The notes below the pieces were generated by a model, which did no database searches, was not told the origin of the DNA, and saw nothing but the letters and a program-made list of their open reading frames with translations. The position numbers and the translations under genes were made by a program. Below, piece by piece: positions 18,410 through 30,269 of a DNA stretch of 64,000 nucleotides (position 1 is its first letter; each line of letters starts with the position of its first letter). Source of the DNA: Paramoeba atlantica (lineage: Eukaryota; Protista; Discosea); contig CDRNVI010000038.1 of the NCBI GenBank assembly GCA_977017575.1, positions 62,001-126,000 of the forward strand. The letters run 5' to 3'.

Positions 18410-18778
18410 ATTATAACGTTATAACGCTTTAGAGCGTTGTTGTTTCTGAATTTAAAAGAGATACCTATTTACATTCAGAAATATTTAAATTCGTAAACAG
18501 GTATATTCATCAAATTTAGCATTTCAGAAACACCAACAAAACAAAATCGTTGATTTTTTACATATAAAAAATCCTTTTATGAATAAAATATCTTTTTCAT
18601 ATGAATACGATCTCCATGCGAAGCGATCGAAACATGTTAGAACCCAATAAGTAAAACCTATAAATTTACGATTTTGTATGTTGGAGATAATACATCCTTA
18701 CACTAAATGGTAAGATTTTCTTGATAAAGAAACTCGCGAAATGCAAAAGTTTTTGTTGAATTATAACGTTATAACGCT

Positions 18779-21676
18779 TTAGAGCGTTGTTGTTTCTGAA
18801 TTTAAAAGAGATACATGGCCATGCCTGTCGCTCTCGTTCCCATGGCGTGAGGGTTCATCTGCTATGTTTTTCTCGGAGCAAATCCAACGGACCTCCTTGA
18901 GATAACCAGGTAGGAAAAACACGTGGTATAACCGGCGTAGCCACTCCATAATTAGCGGGGGTCCTGCCTTCCATTTGGACAGCCATGCCACAACGTTCTT
19001 ATTATCTGATATCAGTGTACAAGCCTTGATTTTTCTTTCCTTTACCAGTTTTAAGCCCATCTCTGCTGCGAATAGCTCCTTATATGCAATAGGCTTATCT
19101 CTGAGCCAGGCCGCAAAATTTCCAGAGCGATACTGAAGACTTCCGCCCTGCAGCCATGCTAGTCCCCACCCCTTCTCGGAAGCATCACAATACAATTCAA
19201 AGGTACTGGTTTCTCCCCTCTCCAATTTTCTAGGGGTGTTTGCCTCCACTCTATCGATTAGCGTAATAAGGCTCGAGATGAATTTCTGGGACATCTGGCA
19301 TGGTAAATCCCATAAGACTGGCTTAGCTGCCAATCTGCGTGCTCTCCCCTTCAGCCAATACATCACAGTTGGAAATTCGCACTGAGTAATACCTAACACT
19401 CTAGTTGCCCAGAACAGGGTCCCCAACACTTTCCAGATTAGTCGGTGCGTCGGCAAGCGATGCTGTTGCGCTAGTAACTTGAATGCCTCGCGTAAGTGTT
19501 TTAATTTATCAATAAACTGAACCGGCAGTGAGAGTTTCTTTTCCTCTAGATTTACCTCAATGCCTAATACTGTGCCCTTACTGGTGGGCTTCGTGGTGAC
19601 CGCAATTTCGGCGCCAACCTGCTTCGCACGTTGCAAAGTTTGGCTCAGGTCATCCTCTACATCCTCCTGGCTGGTTCCAAAACGGTAACAATTGTCAATA
19701 AAAGTCAGTGGATGTGAATTACTAACCGGAAGGTTGTGGATCAAGCTTGTAGCCGCATGACCAATTTTTACCGAAGAATGCCATCCCATGGGCAATGTGG
19801 CCCAACCATATGTCCTTCCCTTAATGCGAACGGCCAAGTAGGGCAGAACATCTTCTGGAAGCCCAAACTGATGGTACCAATTTCTTCCATCCGTCTCCCC
19901 GAAGAATTTGTTTTCCAGGACCGCCTTTTCAATATCCTGCAAGCTCGCTAACGTTAAAGGTCCTGGGACTATAGATTGTATCTCGTTGAGAGGAATCGCA
20001 TTCAAGATCACACGCATGGTTTTCTTCTTCGGCTTGGGAATCAAAAATGCTGTCATCCATATTTTTGCGGTTCTCCGTGGGATTCTCTTTATTACCCCGG
20101 ACCTCACCATCTCCTCCACGAAAGGTTCCAGCCTCTTCGATTCACCGCGATAACGAGGATCGTAATCCTTCCTCAACAAGCCCTTAAACTTATTCGCGTC
20201 CTGCACGAAACCGAATATTTTCTTTTCTTCTCTCACATCGCTTCCAGTTTTCAGTAGAAGTAGTTCTTCTACATTTACCCGTTTTACATCAATCGGATCG
20301 ATTGGCCAGTTCTCTTTTCTGGGATGGTTTCTCTCTCCAAAAAACGTCCTGCGCATAAAACTCGCATAGGTATAGGATACAAAATCACAGAGTATCCTCC
20401 AAGGAGAGGTGCCGGCACCGACAGGTGCGGCGACGCCAGCTCGCCCGTGGTGCTGAGCCGCGTTTAATGAGGACTCTTCCTGAGCCCTATTCCCATACCC
20501 GCGTGGCATGAGTAATCGCCCGGGTTCCTTCCCGGCGCCCTGAATCATGTCGTCCGATTTACCTTGTTTGGTATCCTCCATGTGGGACTTTTTCTTCCCC
20601 ACAATATTTCTGCGTCTCAGGGGTCTTTTCTTCCCTTCTTTTGTCGCTTCCACGCCTATGCTCGTGCGATGGGAAACATTCTCACCTAAACTCTTAAATT
20701 TCTTGGGAAAATCATCCTTACCTGGGTAAATAGATAGACTGGTCTCATCACGTGCTTTACCAGTACCATCTCCCGGAAATGTTTCACTAGGTGATTTTCC
20801 AGAATCGTCTCGAACAGAAACTCTAATAAGGCCCGTTCCATAATTTCCTTGGCTCGGTATGTGTCGAGAACGCCTACCTTGAATCCCTTTCCTACTGGAG
20901 CTGTTTCCTTTTGAGGGCTGAGTCTTACGCGAAAGCGGAGGCCGGACTTTAAGGTTATGCGACCTCGGTACGGTTTCTCTTTCCGAGGCGAGCTTCGTGC
21001 ATTTTCTTTCGTAGAAAAGGGCCCGCGGGAGAGTTTGATCTTTCTCGAGGCGCCTTAATTCCATGTGCCCCCTTTTAAGCCCCCTTGGAGGTGGATTTTC
21101 CTGCGCGTATCTCCTTCGCACTCGAGCGCGCCGGCGGTTCTTCCCATCTCTCCTCGCGATGACGTTAGCCTCGTGAAACCTCATCATTTCACGCTGAGCC
21201 TGAAGATATTTCCCCTCGAGGGTATCAGCTCTAAGAGCCTCCTTCCAGTAGTCGCCAAATTTCCGACCCATTCTGTGTTTTATTCGCAAATAATGTATCA
21301 CCTCCATAGATGGTTCAATCGAACGCATCGTGATAAACAAACCCGCCCTCGCACGAGAACAGCAATCAGCTAGGTGAGCTGCAATGGTATCAAGCGCCAG
21401 ATCTAGACTTACGATATCTCTCGATACTGATGAGGGATCTGCAGAGTGCCCGAAACACTTTCGCACCTCGTGCCTAAGCTTTCCAATAAGATTCTTTCTA
21501 TAAAGATCACTGCAAAAATGTTCGAACTTCCAATTTTGCGGCTTGAGGAGGATATCGGTCGACAGGTCGTGACAACTAGGGTCATAACTTCCGAATAACT
21601 TTTTTGGTGAGCTCACCCCTGAAACTCGCAATCCAACTCCTGAGATTTCTCCTTCACCATTAGTGTAGCACGCCAT
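18779..21676 (-). CDS. YR3 gag-linker-RT-RNase H single ORF
   Basis: N-terminus aligns to YR4 gag (HFCSDLY..NLIG); TDG..WYHQF, LPMGW, FIDN, CDAS..GWG, KELFAAE, ISDN, NIAD.PSR. Confidence 0.88.
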   Translation of the reverse strand: MACYTNGEGEISGVGLRVSGVSSPKKLFGSYDPSCHDLSTDILLKPQNWKFEHFCSDLYRKNLIGKLRHEVRKCFGHSADPSSVSRDIVSLDLALDTIAAHLADCCSRARAGLFITMRSIEPSMEVIHYLRIKHRMGRKFGDYWKEALRADTLEGKYLQAQREMMRFHEANVIARRDGKNRRRARVRRRYAQENPPPRGLKRGHMELRRLEKDQTLPRALFYERKCTKLASERETVPRSHNLKVRPPLSRKTQPSKGNSSSRKGIQGRRSRHIPSQGNYGTGLIRVSVRDDSGKSPSETFPGDGTGKARDETSLSIYPGKDDFPKKFKSLGENVSHRTSIGVEATKEGKKRPLRRRNIVGKKKSHMEDTKQGKSDDMIQGAGKEPGRLLMPRGYGNRAQEESSLNAAQHHGRAGVAAPVGAGTSPWRILCDFVSYTYASFMRRTFFGERNHPRKENWPIDPIDVKRVNVEELLLLKTGSDVREEKKIFGFVQDANKFKGLLRKDYDPRYRGESKRLEPFVEEMVRSGVIKRIPRRTAKIWMTAFLIPKPKKKTMRVILNAIPLNEIQSIVPGPLTLASLQDIEKAVLENKFFGETDGRNWYHQFGLPEDVLPYLAVRIKGRTYGWATLPMGWHSSVKIGHAATSLIHNLPVSNSHPLTFIDNCYRFGTSQEDVEDDLSQTLQRAKQVGAEIAVTTKPTSKGTVLGIEVNLEEKKLSLPVQFIDKLKHLREAFKLLAQQHRLPTHRLIWKVLGTLFWATRVLGITQCEFPTVMYWLKGRARRLAAKPVLWDLPCQMSQKFISSLITLIDRVEANTPRKLERGETSTFELYCDASEKGWGLAWLQGGSLQYRSGNFAAWLRDKPIAYKELFAAEMGLKLVKERKIKACTLISDNKNVVAWLSKWKAGPPLIMEWLRRLYHVFFLPGYLKEVRWICSEKNIADEPSRHGNESDRHGHVSLLNSETTTL

Positions 21677-21927
21677 GGGCACGGGGGCTGACCCTCGGAC
21701 GGTTCGATGAAAAGACGGTACTCTAGGAGTTTCGAGAACAGGACGATGTGTTGTTGTTTCTGAATTTAAAAGAGATACCTATTTACATTCAGAAATATTT
21801 AAATTCGTAAACAGGTATATTCATCAAATTTAGCATTTCAGAAACACCAACAAAACAAAATCGTTGATTTTTTACATATAAAAAATCCTTTTATGAATAA
21901 AATATCTTTTTTTTTTTTTTTTTTTTT

Positions 21928-21980
21928 GCCATATTCCAAATAAAAAATCCGCATGAAATGTTTGAAGATGGGATATTGAA
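21928..21980 (-). mobile_element. About 52-bp fragment of the family B1 RT region
   Basis: Near-identical to about 12091-12143. Confidence 0.75.
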
Positions 21981-21984
21981 AACT

Positions 21985-22078
21985 TCCGCGAAAAACGTTT
22001 GCGTGAAGATTTGAAAAAATAAAATAAAAAAGGTCAAAAACACCTTCGATGAAGCTTCATCGAAGGTCCCCACTACCC
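21985..22078. mobile_element. Terminal fragment of the same MITE family
   Basis: Reverse complement of about 12809-12955 but with one palindromic unit instead of three. Confidence 0.8.
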
Positions 22079-25000
22079 AACATCATCTGGTATTTTTATC
22101 TTATGTGCCGTCATTACTGTTTTTTTTGTGTTATCTTGTGTGCTTTTGGCCCGATTTCCGGAGTAACTTCAAAGATTCAGCATTGTAGACTTCCTACCCA
22201 ATGTTCTTGGGCCATATATATAAACTTTTACAACTTGATAAAATTGATAACCATTGCACATACTCAGTTTCACTTTTTATCTATCTTTATCACCAATGTC
22301 TGTCCTAAGATGTTGCAACGTCTTGAGATTAAAACCAAATCATCATCTGGCATTTTAGCTTATGTGCCGTCATCACTGTTTTTTTGTGTGTTATCTTGTG
22401 TGCTTTTGGCACGATTTCCGGAGCAACTTCAAAGATTCAGCATTGCAGACTTCCTACCCAATGTTCTTGGGCCATATATTGCCGCAGTTGCGAGAAGATA
22501 GTGTATGCGGAGAATTTTTCAATTTCCAATTGGAATGCTTCTCGAGTGTTTTCTACGTCTAGGCCTGCCCTATTTGCCAGTGTCTTGAGGAGTTCCTTAG
22601 TTTCCTTGTGAAGAAGACCACAATCTGTTACTAGTATGCAGCGAAAGTATTCTTGGTCCAATCCTTTTTCCTGCACATATTTCCGTTGCTTACGGTCTAC
22701 CGCATTTTGGAGGAGGGCAACGCTTGTCTGCCGCTTGTAGCTCCCACAACAAGTGTGCACCACTGTCACATCGTAGAGTATCTCCCCAACATTTGGCCAC
22801 ATTATGGCCAGATCAGGGCCTGAACGAATTCTCCGAGCACGACAAGGATGATGTTCTGCAGCTTCAGGTGAAATGGAACATTTGCACTTCGTGCAGAAGA
22901 AGGAAGAATGAAGGCGTGGTTCTATAGCGCAGGGTACTCCAGCTTTGGCACAAAGATCGGAAAGGTAGCGCACGATGTGGGAGTGCTTTCTCGTACAGTT
23001 CATCCCTGCACATCTTGAACACCCAGCTACATGTGAAATGATTCCATGTGGTGTTTCCGTGGCGCCGCATCCTGGACAAGTAATTTCATTCGGCGCACCT
23101 TGGAGTGCGATACCAAGCCGCATCATGAGTGTATATCGGAAGAGATACGGATTCACGTAATTATTTGTCGCTGCCAAGTGGAGATTTGCTTCTTTTGATC
23201 GCTTCATAATGCCCGCAAATCTATCCTTTTGCATCAGTTCTGAAGCCAGTGTTTCATGTTCTAACTTAATCTGCTTTTTGAAATCAGTACGTGCAGCTTG
23301 GCTGGAAATTTTCTTGTGGTTGGCACCTTTCCGCTCTCCCGTGATATCTACTGGAGCGTTAGTGGGTTTAAGTTGCTCATCAATAGATTTACGGGAAATC
23401 GCAAAAAGATAGCGTTGCTTCAATATCGTCGATGTTATGCCTAAGCCGCCCATCTTACATGGTAGAGAAGCTAGTCGGAGGGCTTCATCATCTGCATTGC
23501 ACCATCGTCTCAACACTTTGTGGATTTCTTTATCAAATACCTCAGCGAGGGAAAACGTTGCCTCTGGAACGTGCACTCTAAGATGATAATCGTGACGTGG
23601 AAGAGTACACCGACGCAGGATTGCTAGCGACAGGTTACTTGGCCCCATCACCCGTAGACGACGAAAAAGGCATTCATGTTTACTCAGCTTTTCAATCAGT
23701 TTATGTTCCACAACTTTCGCACTTCCTATGTATCCACCTAACACTTTGATGGACTGTTCGCATGTTGTGACGCCAAGCTCCTTGAGGTTGGTTTTATTTA
23801 ATACTTCGTTTGTGTTTCGGAACCACTCGCATTTTCCGTAGTTTATATGTAAATTCAAATCCTGGGTAAGTTCACGTAAATGATGAAAAGCTGCCTCCAG
23901 TGACTTTACATTCTTTGAGCTCATTGTAACGTCGTCTTGGTACGCTCGAATTTTTACTTCGGGATAATTTTTGGAGACCTCCTTCAACGGTTGTTGCAGG
24001 AGAGAGCAAAAATAGAGCGATGAAAGTGCTGATCCCTGTCTTACTCCTGAAGAACTTTCTATAATCGAGTGTAATGCATTATTGGCGAAGAAAAGGAGTT
24101 CGGAAGGCTGGCCATATTCTAGATAAAAAAGCCGCATGAAGTGTTTAAAGATCGGCTCCTTAAGCAGTGATTTCGCTATTTCCGTACGATGTGGCGTATT
24201 ATAAGCATTCTTGAAATCAACTGTGAGTATAGTGTATCCGTCTTTTCGTTCCTCTAACAACTCATGCACTATTGACTCACAGGCTCTTTCTTGTAGAATA
24301 CCCCGTTGGATTGGCTGGAAAAGGGTTTTGAGGGAGCTTTCGTGTCTGTTTAAGAGAATCGAACCGCATATTTTTAGAATTGTGTCGCCCATTGCAACTG
24401 GTCGTATGCCGTTTTGCGGCTTTGCTAGAGCAATTATTCTGCAGCGTGTCAGTCGTTTACGTACGCTTTCTGCCACATCACCATTTATGACGTCACGAAA
24501 CATGTGGCAAATCGCTAGGCAGGATTCCTCATCTTCCACTAAAAGTCGCATCATGCTTTCGCTGAAGCCTGTTGGTCCCGGCGCTGCTCCTCGAGATAGT
24601 TTTTCTGTTGCCACCCGAAGCTCTGATTGCTCAACTACCCCAATTCGTGGAAAATCTTCTTCTAAACGTTTGGGAGTGGGTCCTGTAGGATGGAGCTTTT
24701 CAACTTGAAAACTTTCTCTTGCGGTTCTAGAGATGACTCTCGGTATACATTGTCCAAAATCCGTGTTGCTTTACTCAAATTTCCTGCTTTTGCTGCTGTC
24801 AGTGCGTTTCTTATTGACCGCTGATCGATTGCAAGTTCTTGGCGTTGTTCTTCACTCAGATTTTGGTCATCTAAGAGCTCGCGGTGTCTACGGCGGTGGG
24901 ATGAACTCTGTTTTCTTTTCAAAGTGAGACGAACTGTGGCCAGCGAATCCCTTGGAGCATCCAGTAATTTGTGCCATATGGCAGTTTTCTCTGATTCTAA

Positions 25001-25137
25001 AATGGTTTTAGGGTAGTCTCGTACAATGGATCGGAAGATGGCTACTACATGAACTGCAAATGATGGATCGATTTGAACGAATGTCGGTAGAGGTTCATAG
25101 TCTTGGTTATTCTCGGCGCTTTCTTCTTCTTCTTCGT
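22079..25137 (-). mobile_element. CRE-like element family B copy 2 (divergent), 5' part cut by A2
   Basis: ORF about 25125 to 22437 with a 1-nt deletion near 24695; YQDD, GPD; 139-bp 3' duplication at 22081-22219 and 22341-22479. Confidence 0.85.
22437..24614 (-). CDS. Family B2 RT-RLE
   Basis: GPTG, RPVAMGD, GVRQGSAL, YQDD, GGLG, CPGC, GPD. Confidence 0.88.
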   Translation of the reverse strand: MATEKLSRGAAPGPTGFSESMMRLLVEDEESCLAICHMFRDVINGDVAESVRKRLTRCRIIALAKPQNGIRPVAMGDTILKICGSILLNRHESSLKTLFQPIQRGILQERACESIVHELLEERKDGYTILTVDFKNAYNTPHRTEIAKSLLKEPIFKHFMRLFYLEYGQPSELLFFANNALHSIIESSSGVRQGSALSSLYFCSLLQQPLKEVSKNYPEVKIRAYQDDVTMSSKNVKSLEAAFHHLRELTQDLNLHINYGKCEWFRNTNEVLNKTNLKELGVTTCEQSIKVLGGYIGSAKVVEHKLIEKLSKHECLFRRLRVMGPSNLSLAILRRCTLPRHDYHLRVHVPEATFSLAEVFDKEIHKVLRRWCNADDEALRLASLPCKMGGLGITSTILKQRYLFAISRKSIDEQLKPTNAPVDITGERKGANHKKISSQAARTDFKKQIKLEHETLASELMQKDRFAGIMKRSKEANLHLAATNNYVNPYLFRYTLMMRLGIALQGAPNEITCPGCGATETPHGIISHVAGCSRCAGMNCTRKHSHIVRYLSDLCAKAGVPCAIEPRLHSSFFCTKCKCSISPEAAEHHPCRARRIRSGPDLAIMWPNVGEILYDVTVVHTCCGSYKRQTSVALLQNAVDRKQRKYVQEKGLDQEYFRCILVTDCGLLHKETKELLKTLANRAGLDVENTREAFQLEIEKFSAYTIFSQLRQYMAQEHWVGSLQC

Positions 25138-28100
25138 TTTTTTTTTTTCTTTTTCTTTTGTTTTTGTTGTCTTTTATCTATTATAAAGGTTTACATCAAT
25201 CAATCAATCAAAACTTTCAGCTGTGTAGGTCTACGAATTGATAGAACCTAGCCATGCGGCCTTTGGTAGGCTGTCGCGTAATTGCGTGATATAGTCTCCT
25301 AAATTTCCTCTCGTATATTTCTTTATAAGTATACTTATAAAGAAATCAACTTAATATGCACTTGCGTACATCCAAGTCTTGCCTTGCGAACTTCCCAGAA
25401 ACTGGCGTAACTGGGCGTAGACTTCGTTTCCATTTAAGTCTTGGAGTAATAACTTGAAGTCCATCTCCACTGTCTTCCTATCCAACATGGCTGCATCCGC
25501 AAGTGCATGTATCAGAAATCTTGTGTTCTGGTGGAGAGAACCGCAAGAAAAGATCGGAAGGCATTGAAACGCGAACTCTGGAATCATACCGGTTGTAACG
25601 TAGGTATCTTTCTTCCGTTTAATTACGTCTTGCATTAGTTTCACGCAAGTTTTAGATTGGTTCGATGGCGCAAGCTCGTGTATTATAGACACGTCGTAGA
25701 AGATTTCTCCGGTGCTCCAGAAAATGGCCAGATCCGGCCCCGATCGGTATAGCTGTCGACCGGTGCAACATTTTTCATGAGTCATTTTATTCTCGGGTTC
25801 GACCTTTCGGCTACACACACCACACCGCCACGTACTGAAGGCTCGCGGCTCTTTTTCACACGGTATCCCCGCCTTATTCGCTAAGTCGAACAGGTATTTC
25901 ACCAAGCTATTATGTTTTGTTGTGGCATTAAAACCGTAGCACTGCACGCATCCAGGTATGTGGTGTAGACCAGATTGACTGTTCAGTATTGTTTTGCACC
26001 CGGGGCATAACAGCTTCTCAGGTAGACGATGATGGGCTATTCCTAACCGCGTCATAATGGCCATCTCGAAGTGTCGCGATGGGACGAATCTAGCGGCAGA
26101 CGTTAACCAGTCGTAACTTCCCTTGCGAGTAGTGGCGCTCAGTATTTTGGAAATATTTGGATTCTGTCTCAGTCTCTCCAGTACTTCCTCATGCTCTAAG
26201 GCTGCGATCGTTTTGTCATCTGTCGGGGCTTTCGGTTTTGACCTTCGTTGGCAAGCGCTATATGATTTTCCACTGATCCACTCTGAGCAGAAAAGGATTT
26301 TTGTCGCTCATATGAGGAATACAATGAAGCTTCATACGCTGCTGCGCGAATTTTACTGCAGGACGTCAAACCTAAACCTCCCTTTTTAGCTGGTAACCGA
26401 GCCATCTCGATCTGATTCGCCGTTAGGGATCCAAGCCATGTGCTCAAAACGTCTTCAACTTTCTCATCAAAACAGTCAGCGATCTGCTCAGTGATGTCAG
26501 GCGGATGTACACGCACTGCGTACTGCATCTTCACGTTTATGCTGTGGGATAATAAACTGAGCGACACATTGTTAAGCCCCATGATCTTCAGCCGACTGAA
26601 AGCTAAGTTATGTTGTTCAAGTTGGCCCGTCAGCCTCTCCGCCACCGTTGTATTCTTGCCAATGAATGCTCCCAACACCTTTGTGGCTTCATTTTCGTTG
26701 ATGACTCCCGCATTCTCGAGACATGGCGGAATCGCAATTTGGTTCCACCCGCCGAACCATACACATTTCTTGGCAGCAAGCTCTATAGATTGTTCCCTGA
26801 CGATTTCTTGGAGTCTGCCGAATGCTTTTTCGATGTCGGAGGCATTCAGAGATGATATTGTGACGTCATCGATGTATGCGTGTAATTCCACGTTCGGAAA
26901 TTCCTGGGCCAGCGTCTCTAAAATGGGTTGCATATAGATACAAAAATAAAGAGAAGCTAACGGCGATCCCTGCCTGAGTCCCGACGAACTTGGCACGACT
27001 CCAAACAATTTGTTTTCCGATCCGTAGAATAGAAGTTCAGAGGTGCCAGAGTATTCGACCTGGAAGAATCTTTGAAATGGTCGCAACGCGCTAAAGGCGA
27101 AAACGTGCTTTGCTATTTCTTTCCTGCATGGAGAATTAAACGCATTTTTAAAATCAATTGCGAGCATCGAATGACCTTTATTGTAACGCTCACGAAGTTT
27201 GTGGACTATTCGTTCGCATCCAGCCCAAGCAAATACTCCCTGTTGCATTGGAGTGAAGAGTGGTGCCAGAGTGTGTTCATACCGTTGCATGAGTACTATT
27301 CCAGCCAGTTTGTTGAGAACCTCGCCCATTGCTACGGGACGCACTCCTCCGTCCCCCTTCGGTATGGCGACCAGCCGAGCCCGGTTTAGACGCTGAGTTA
27401 CATCCTTCGAGAGAAAGCCGTTTAGAAGATCGCATATCATGTGACACAAGCTTCCGCAGGACACCTCGTCATCGGTCATGAGGCGCACAATACCGTCAGT
27501 CATTCCCGTAGGCCCGGGGCTGACTCCTTTCGCCAGCCTTTTGGCAGCGCTACGTAGCTCTTCAGGTGTGACCCCAGCCAAGGTGGGCGCGTCTTCGGGT
27601 GCCTCAAAGTCACATGGTTTTTGAGGATGCAACTCTGTTAACTTGTCCAAAACCTCCTCGTCGGACAAATTGATTGATTTAAACTTTTGACTCAATGTTT
27701 TTGCCGCTTTAGACGCGCACCCTTCCAAAACTAGTCTCTTTGCTTTGTTAATGGCACGTAAATCCTGGGCAGCATCGCTGTCAACCGTCGCCTTCGGAGT
27801 GAAAGGTTTACGTCTTTTGCTGCGTTTATCCACATCTCGTATTGTCGCCAATGATAGTTTCATCGCTGACAATAGCCGATGCCAAATCTGGTTTCGTTGC
27901 GCAAAATCGACATTTGCGTAGTTCCGTATAATATCCCGCAGTGTGGCGACGACGCACGGAATAAATTCTGGACTCACCGTTCGCATGGTTGGGATCGGGA
28001 GATGATCAATTCCCTCGTTTCCGCAAGTCAAATGCTCCGCTAGTTGATGATTTTCCATGAAAGAGTCTCGCCGTACGGTCTCGTCTATCGAGGGAGGGGC

Positions 28101-29760
28101 CTGGTGCCATAATATACGATAAACTCTTACGGCTTCTTGTGGCGGAAGCGTTCCTTTGAATTCGTCGCCGACGCTGTACCCACGAACTCCTTGATACAAC
28201 ATAGATAATTTCCCCAGACCTCCACGTTTGCTGTGTGTCCGTGTGACTTTCCCGATCGATACGTTGATCTCGTCGTTGCGATCGAATGTCCACACAATGG
28301 TGCATTTTGTTCCCGCTTTGATCTGTTTAGATTGCTTCCATATCTCGTCCCCTGGTATCGGAAATTGGGTTTTAATATTGGTGGTTCCTTCCAAGCTCTC
28401 TGCCCATGCTTCGTCTATATGCCTCATATCTTCCTCCGCTCCATTTTCTCCGATAAATCGAATTCGCTGCTGCGGAACACTCTTCTCGGCATTTGCTGGC
28501 TCACCGTGTACTATGTTGCTGATCCTTGCCAGCTCGGTCAAACGTATTCCGTCTCCCGTGTTGTCGTCAATCAAGTTTGTTGGAGTTGTCAGTCTGGCAT
28601 TTTCAATATTTCCTTGCACGTGATTAGTGGTTTCGTTCCCTATCTGCCTCACGTCGATCTGCTTAAGCAGGTCTTGTGGAGATTCGCAGTCGTGGTAGAC
28701 AATGTCCTCTCGCGATGTGATTTCGTCATCCCCCGAGGTTGTACCGCTGATCTTGGTGGGAGTAATCTCGCTAATTTTCTGCGGCGTTGCTCCCTTAGTT
28801 AGTCGCGTCACGTGGTCGTCCTTTCTTGCGTTGATATCACTTTTCCGGATGTTCTTGGGAGATTCCTCGTTCTTCTGATGTGTTGTGTGTGCCTCTGTAT
28901 TCCTTCCGATTCTTGCCAAAATCTCCTCATTAACTAAGTTGAGCTTCGGTCTGCGCTTCGGACGGTTCAGAAACTTTGGCTTTCGTGGGGCAGTATTGAT
29001 CTCCCCTTCTATGTCTCTTACTCGGTTTTCTTCTGCTCGACTGTCTGGGGTCCGATTATTGCAGTTTTTGTTACTTCCTGGCGTTGTTGCTCCTGGCCTT
29101 GTTCCGCACATCTTTCCTTCCTCGTCCCTCTCTCGGTCCTTTCTCGATCCCACGTCGTCCGCAGTCGTCGCATTTCGTGTGGCCCGATTTCGGCTGAAGT
29201 TGATCAATTCGCGCGTAGATGATACGATTTTAATTTTTCTGGGTACTGGCAATGGCAGTGGCAACTGGTTATCCACTTTGGACTTCGAGTTTTCTTCCGT
29301 GGAAAGCGTCGCAAGCGGATGGCGACTCGGTGATTGTGACAAAGGCAGCGCGGCTGGAGGGGGAGAAGGCGCGGCGGGAGGAGAAGGCGGCGCTAAGGGG
29401 GGAGTAGAAGGTGGCGCGGCGGGAGGAGGGGAAGGCGATCGCGTCGTAGGGAACGACAGCGCGCGCGGCAGAGGAGGAAGCGACATTGGGAGCGGCAGCG
29501 CTGGAGGTGGTGATGGCGCACGCAGCGGAGTAGGAGGAGGTGACGGTAGAGGAATTGACGGCTCGCGCGGCGGCGGTGGAGGCGACGTCGGTGGAGGAGA
29601 AGCGTCTGACGATGGCGCCCGCCCTAAAGGGTATTTTTTCTTCCGGCGGGTCGGCGGCAGCGGCTGGACAACGGGAGCTACTCCCGTCTCCTTCGCGCGG
29701 CTCCGGGTGAACATGCCCATGAAGGGTGAGAGAATAAGAAAAGGAAAAAAGACAACAAGG
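25138..29760 (-). mobile_element. CRE-like family A copy 2, full length
   Basis: A-rich tail about 25138-25164; 5' end CCTTGTTG; ORF 29720 to 25351 with a 1-G deletion in a G run at about 26225. Confidence 0.92.
25351..29720 (-). pseudogene. Family A2 RT-RLE ORF with homopolymer frameshift (real or sequencing error)
   Basis: GGGG versus GGGGG in A1 and A3. Confidence 0.8.
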
Positions 29761-30269
29761 GGCGAAACATGGGTTGCTCTTGTTTTCTTCACCGTCTGTC
29801 GACATAGAATCTGATTGTGTCGCTTTTTCGTCTTCGGACTTTGAGGCGTTCGATTCATCATTTTCCGAAGTTTCTATATCGATATTTCCTCGTTCAATTC
29901 TGTTTCGCATCGTGTATCTCTTCAACTTGATGAGATTCGAATTCTTCGCTTCCACTTGATCATGAATTTCGTGGTCAGCCCAAATTGGAGAAATGTCTTT
30001 TCCTGTGCTTTGACTGATAACCCTAATTCGTGGTGTCTTCTTGGGTTTCGGTGCGGTCTCACTTTTATTGTAGCTCGGCTCGGTGATTCTGGTGTTCGGA
30101 GAAGCGCTACAGCGTCCTTCGCTACAATCATCCTTCCGGGTAGCTTGCAGAAAATTTCCCGATGTCGCCCCGATGTCGTCCGTGAAGTGTTTTCCAAATC
30201 TCGCTTGACGAGCGAACATGTTTAAGTAATCTCAATTAAAAAAAAACAACAAGCAACAAGGTACAGAAA
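29761..30269 (-). mobile_element. 5' end of a family-B-like element with SL relic (30254-30269); ORF from 30219
   Basis: KTPRIRV, WADH and MSTDG shared with the B1 N-terminus; possibly the 5' end of B2 with a deletion at the A2 site. Confidence 0.72.

Larger units (their letters stand above)
14969..21911 (-). mobile_element. YR3: YR-retrotransposon derivative (gag-RT fusion, YR vestigial); its B2 repeat is split by CRE family C
   Basis: A repeats 18436-18597 and 21750-21911; B pieces 14969-15013 plus 18410-18464 match 18726-18814; homologous to YR4. Confidence 0.8.

Noticed and set aside
20540-20680. HEHRRG in a third frame of YR3 as a possible YR motif
   Set aside because: No Arg I box and wrong His/Tyr spacing; short frame bounded by stops.
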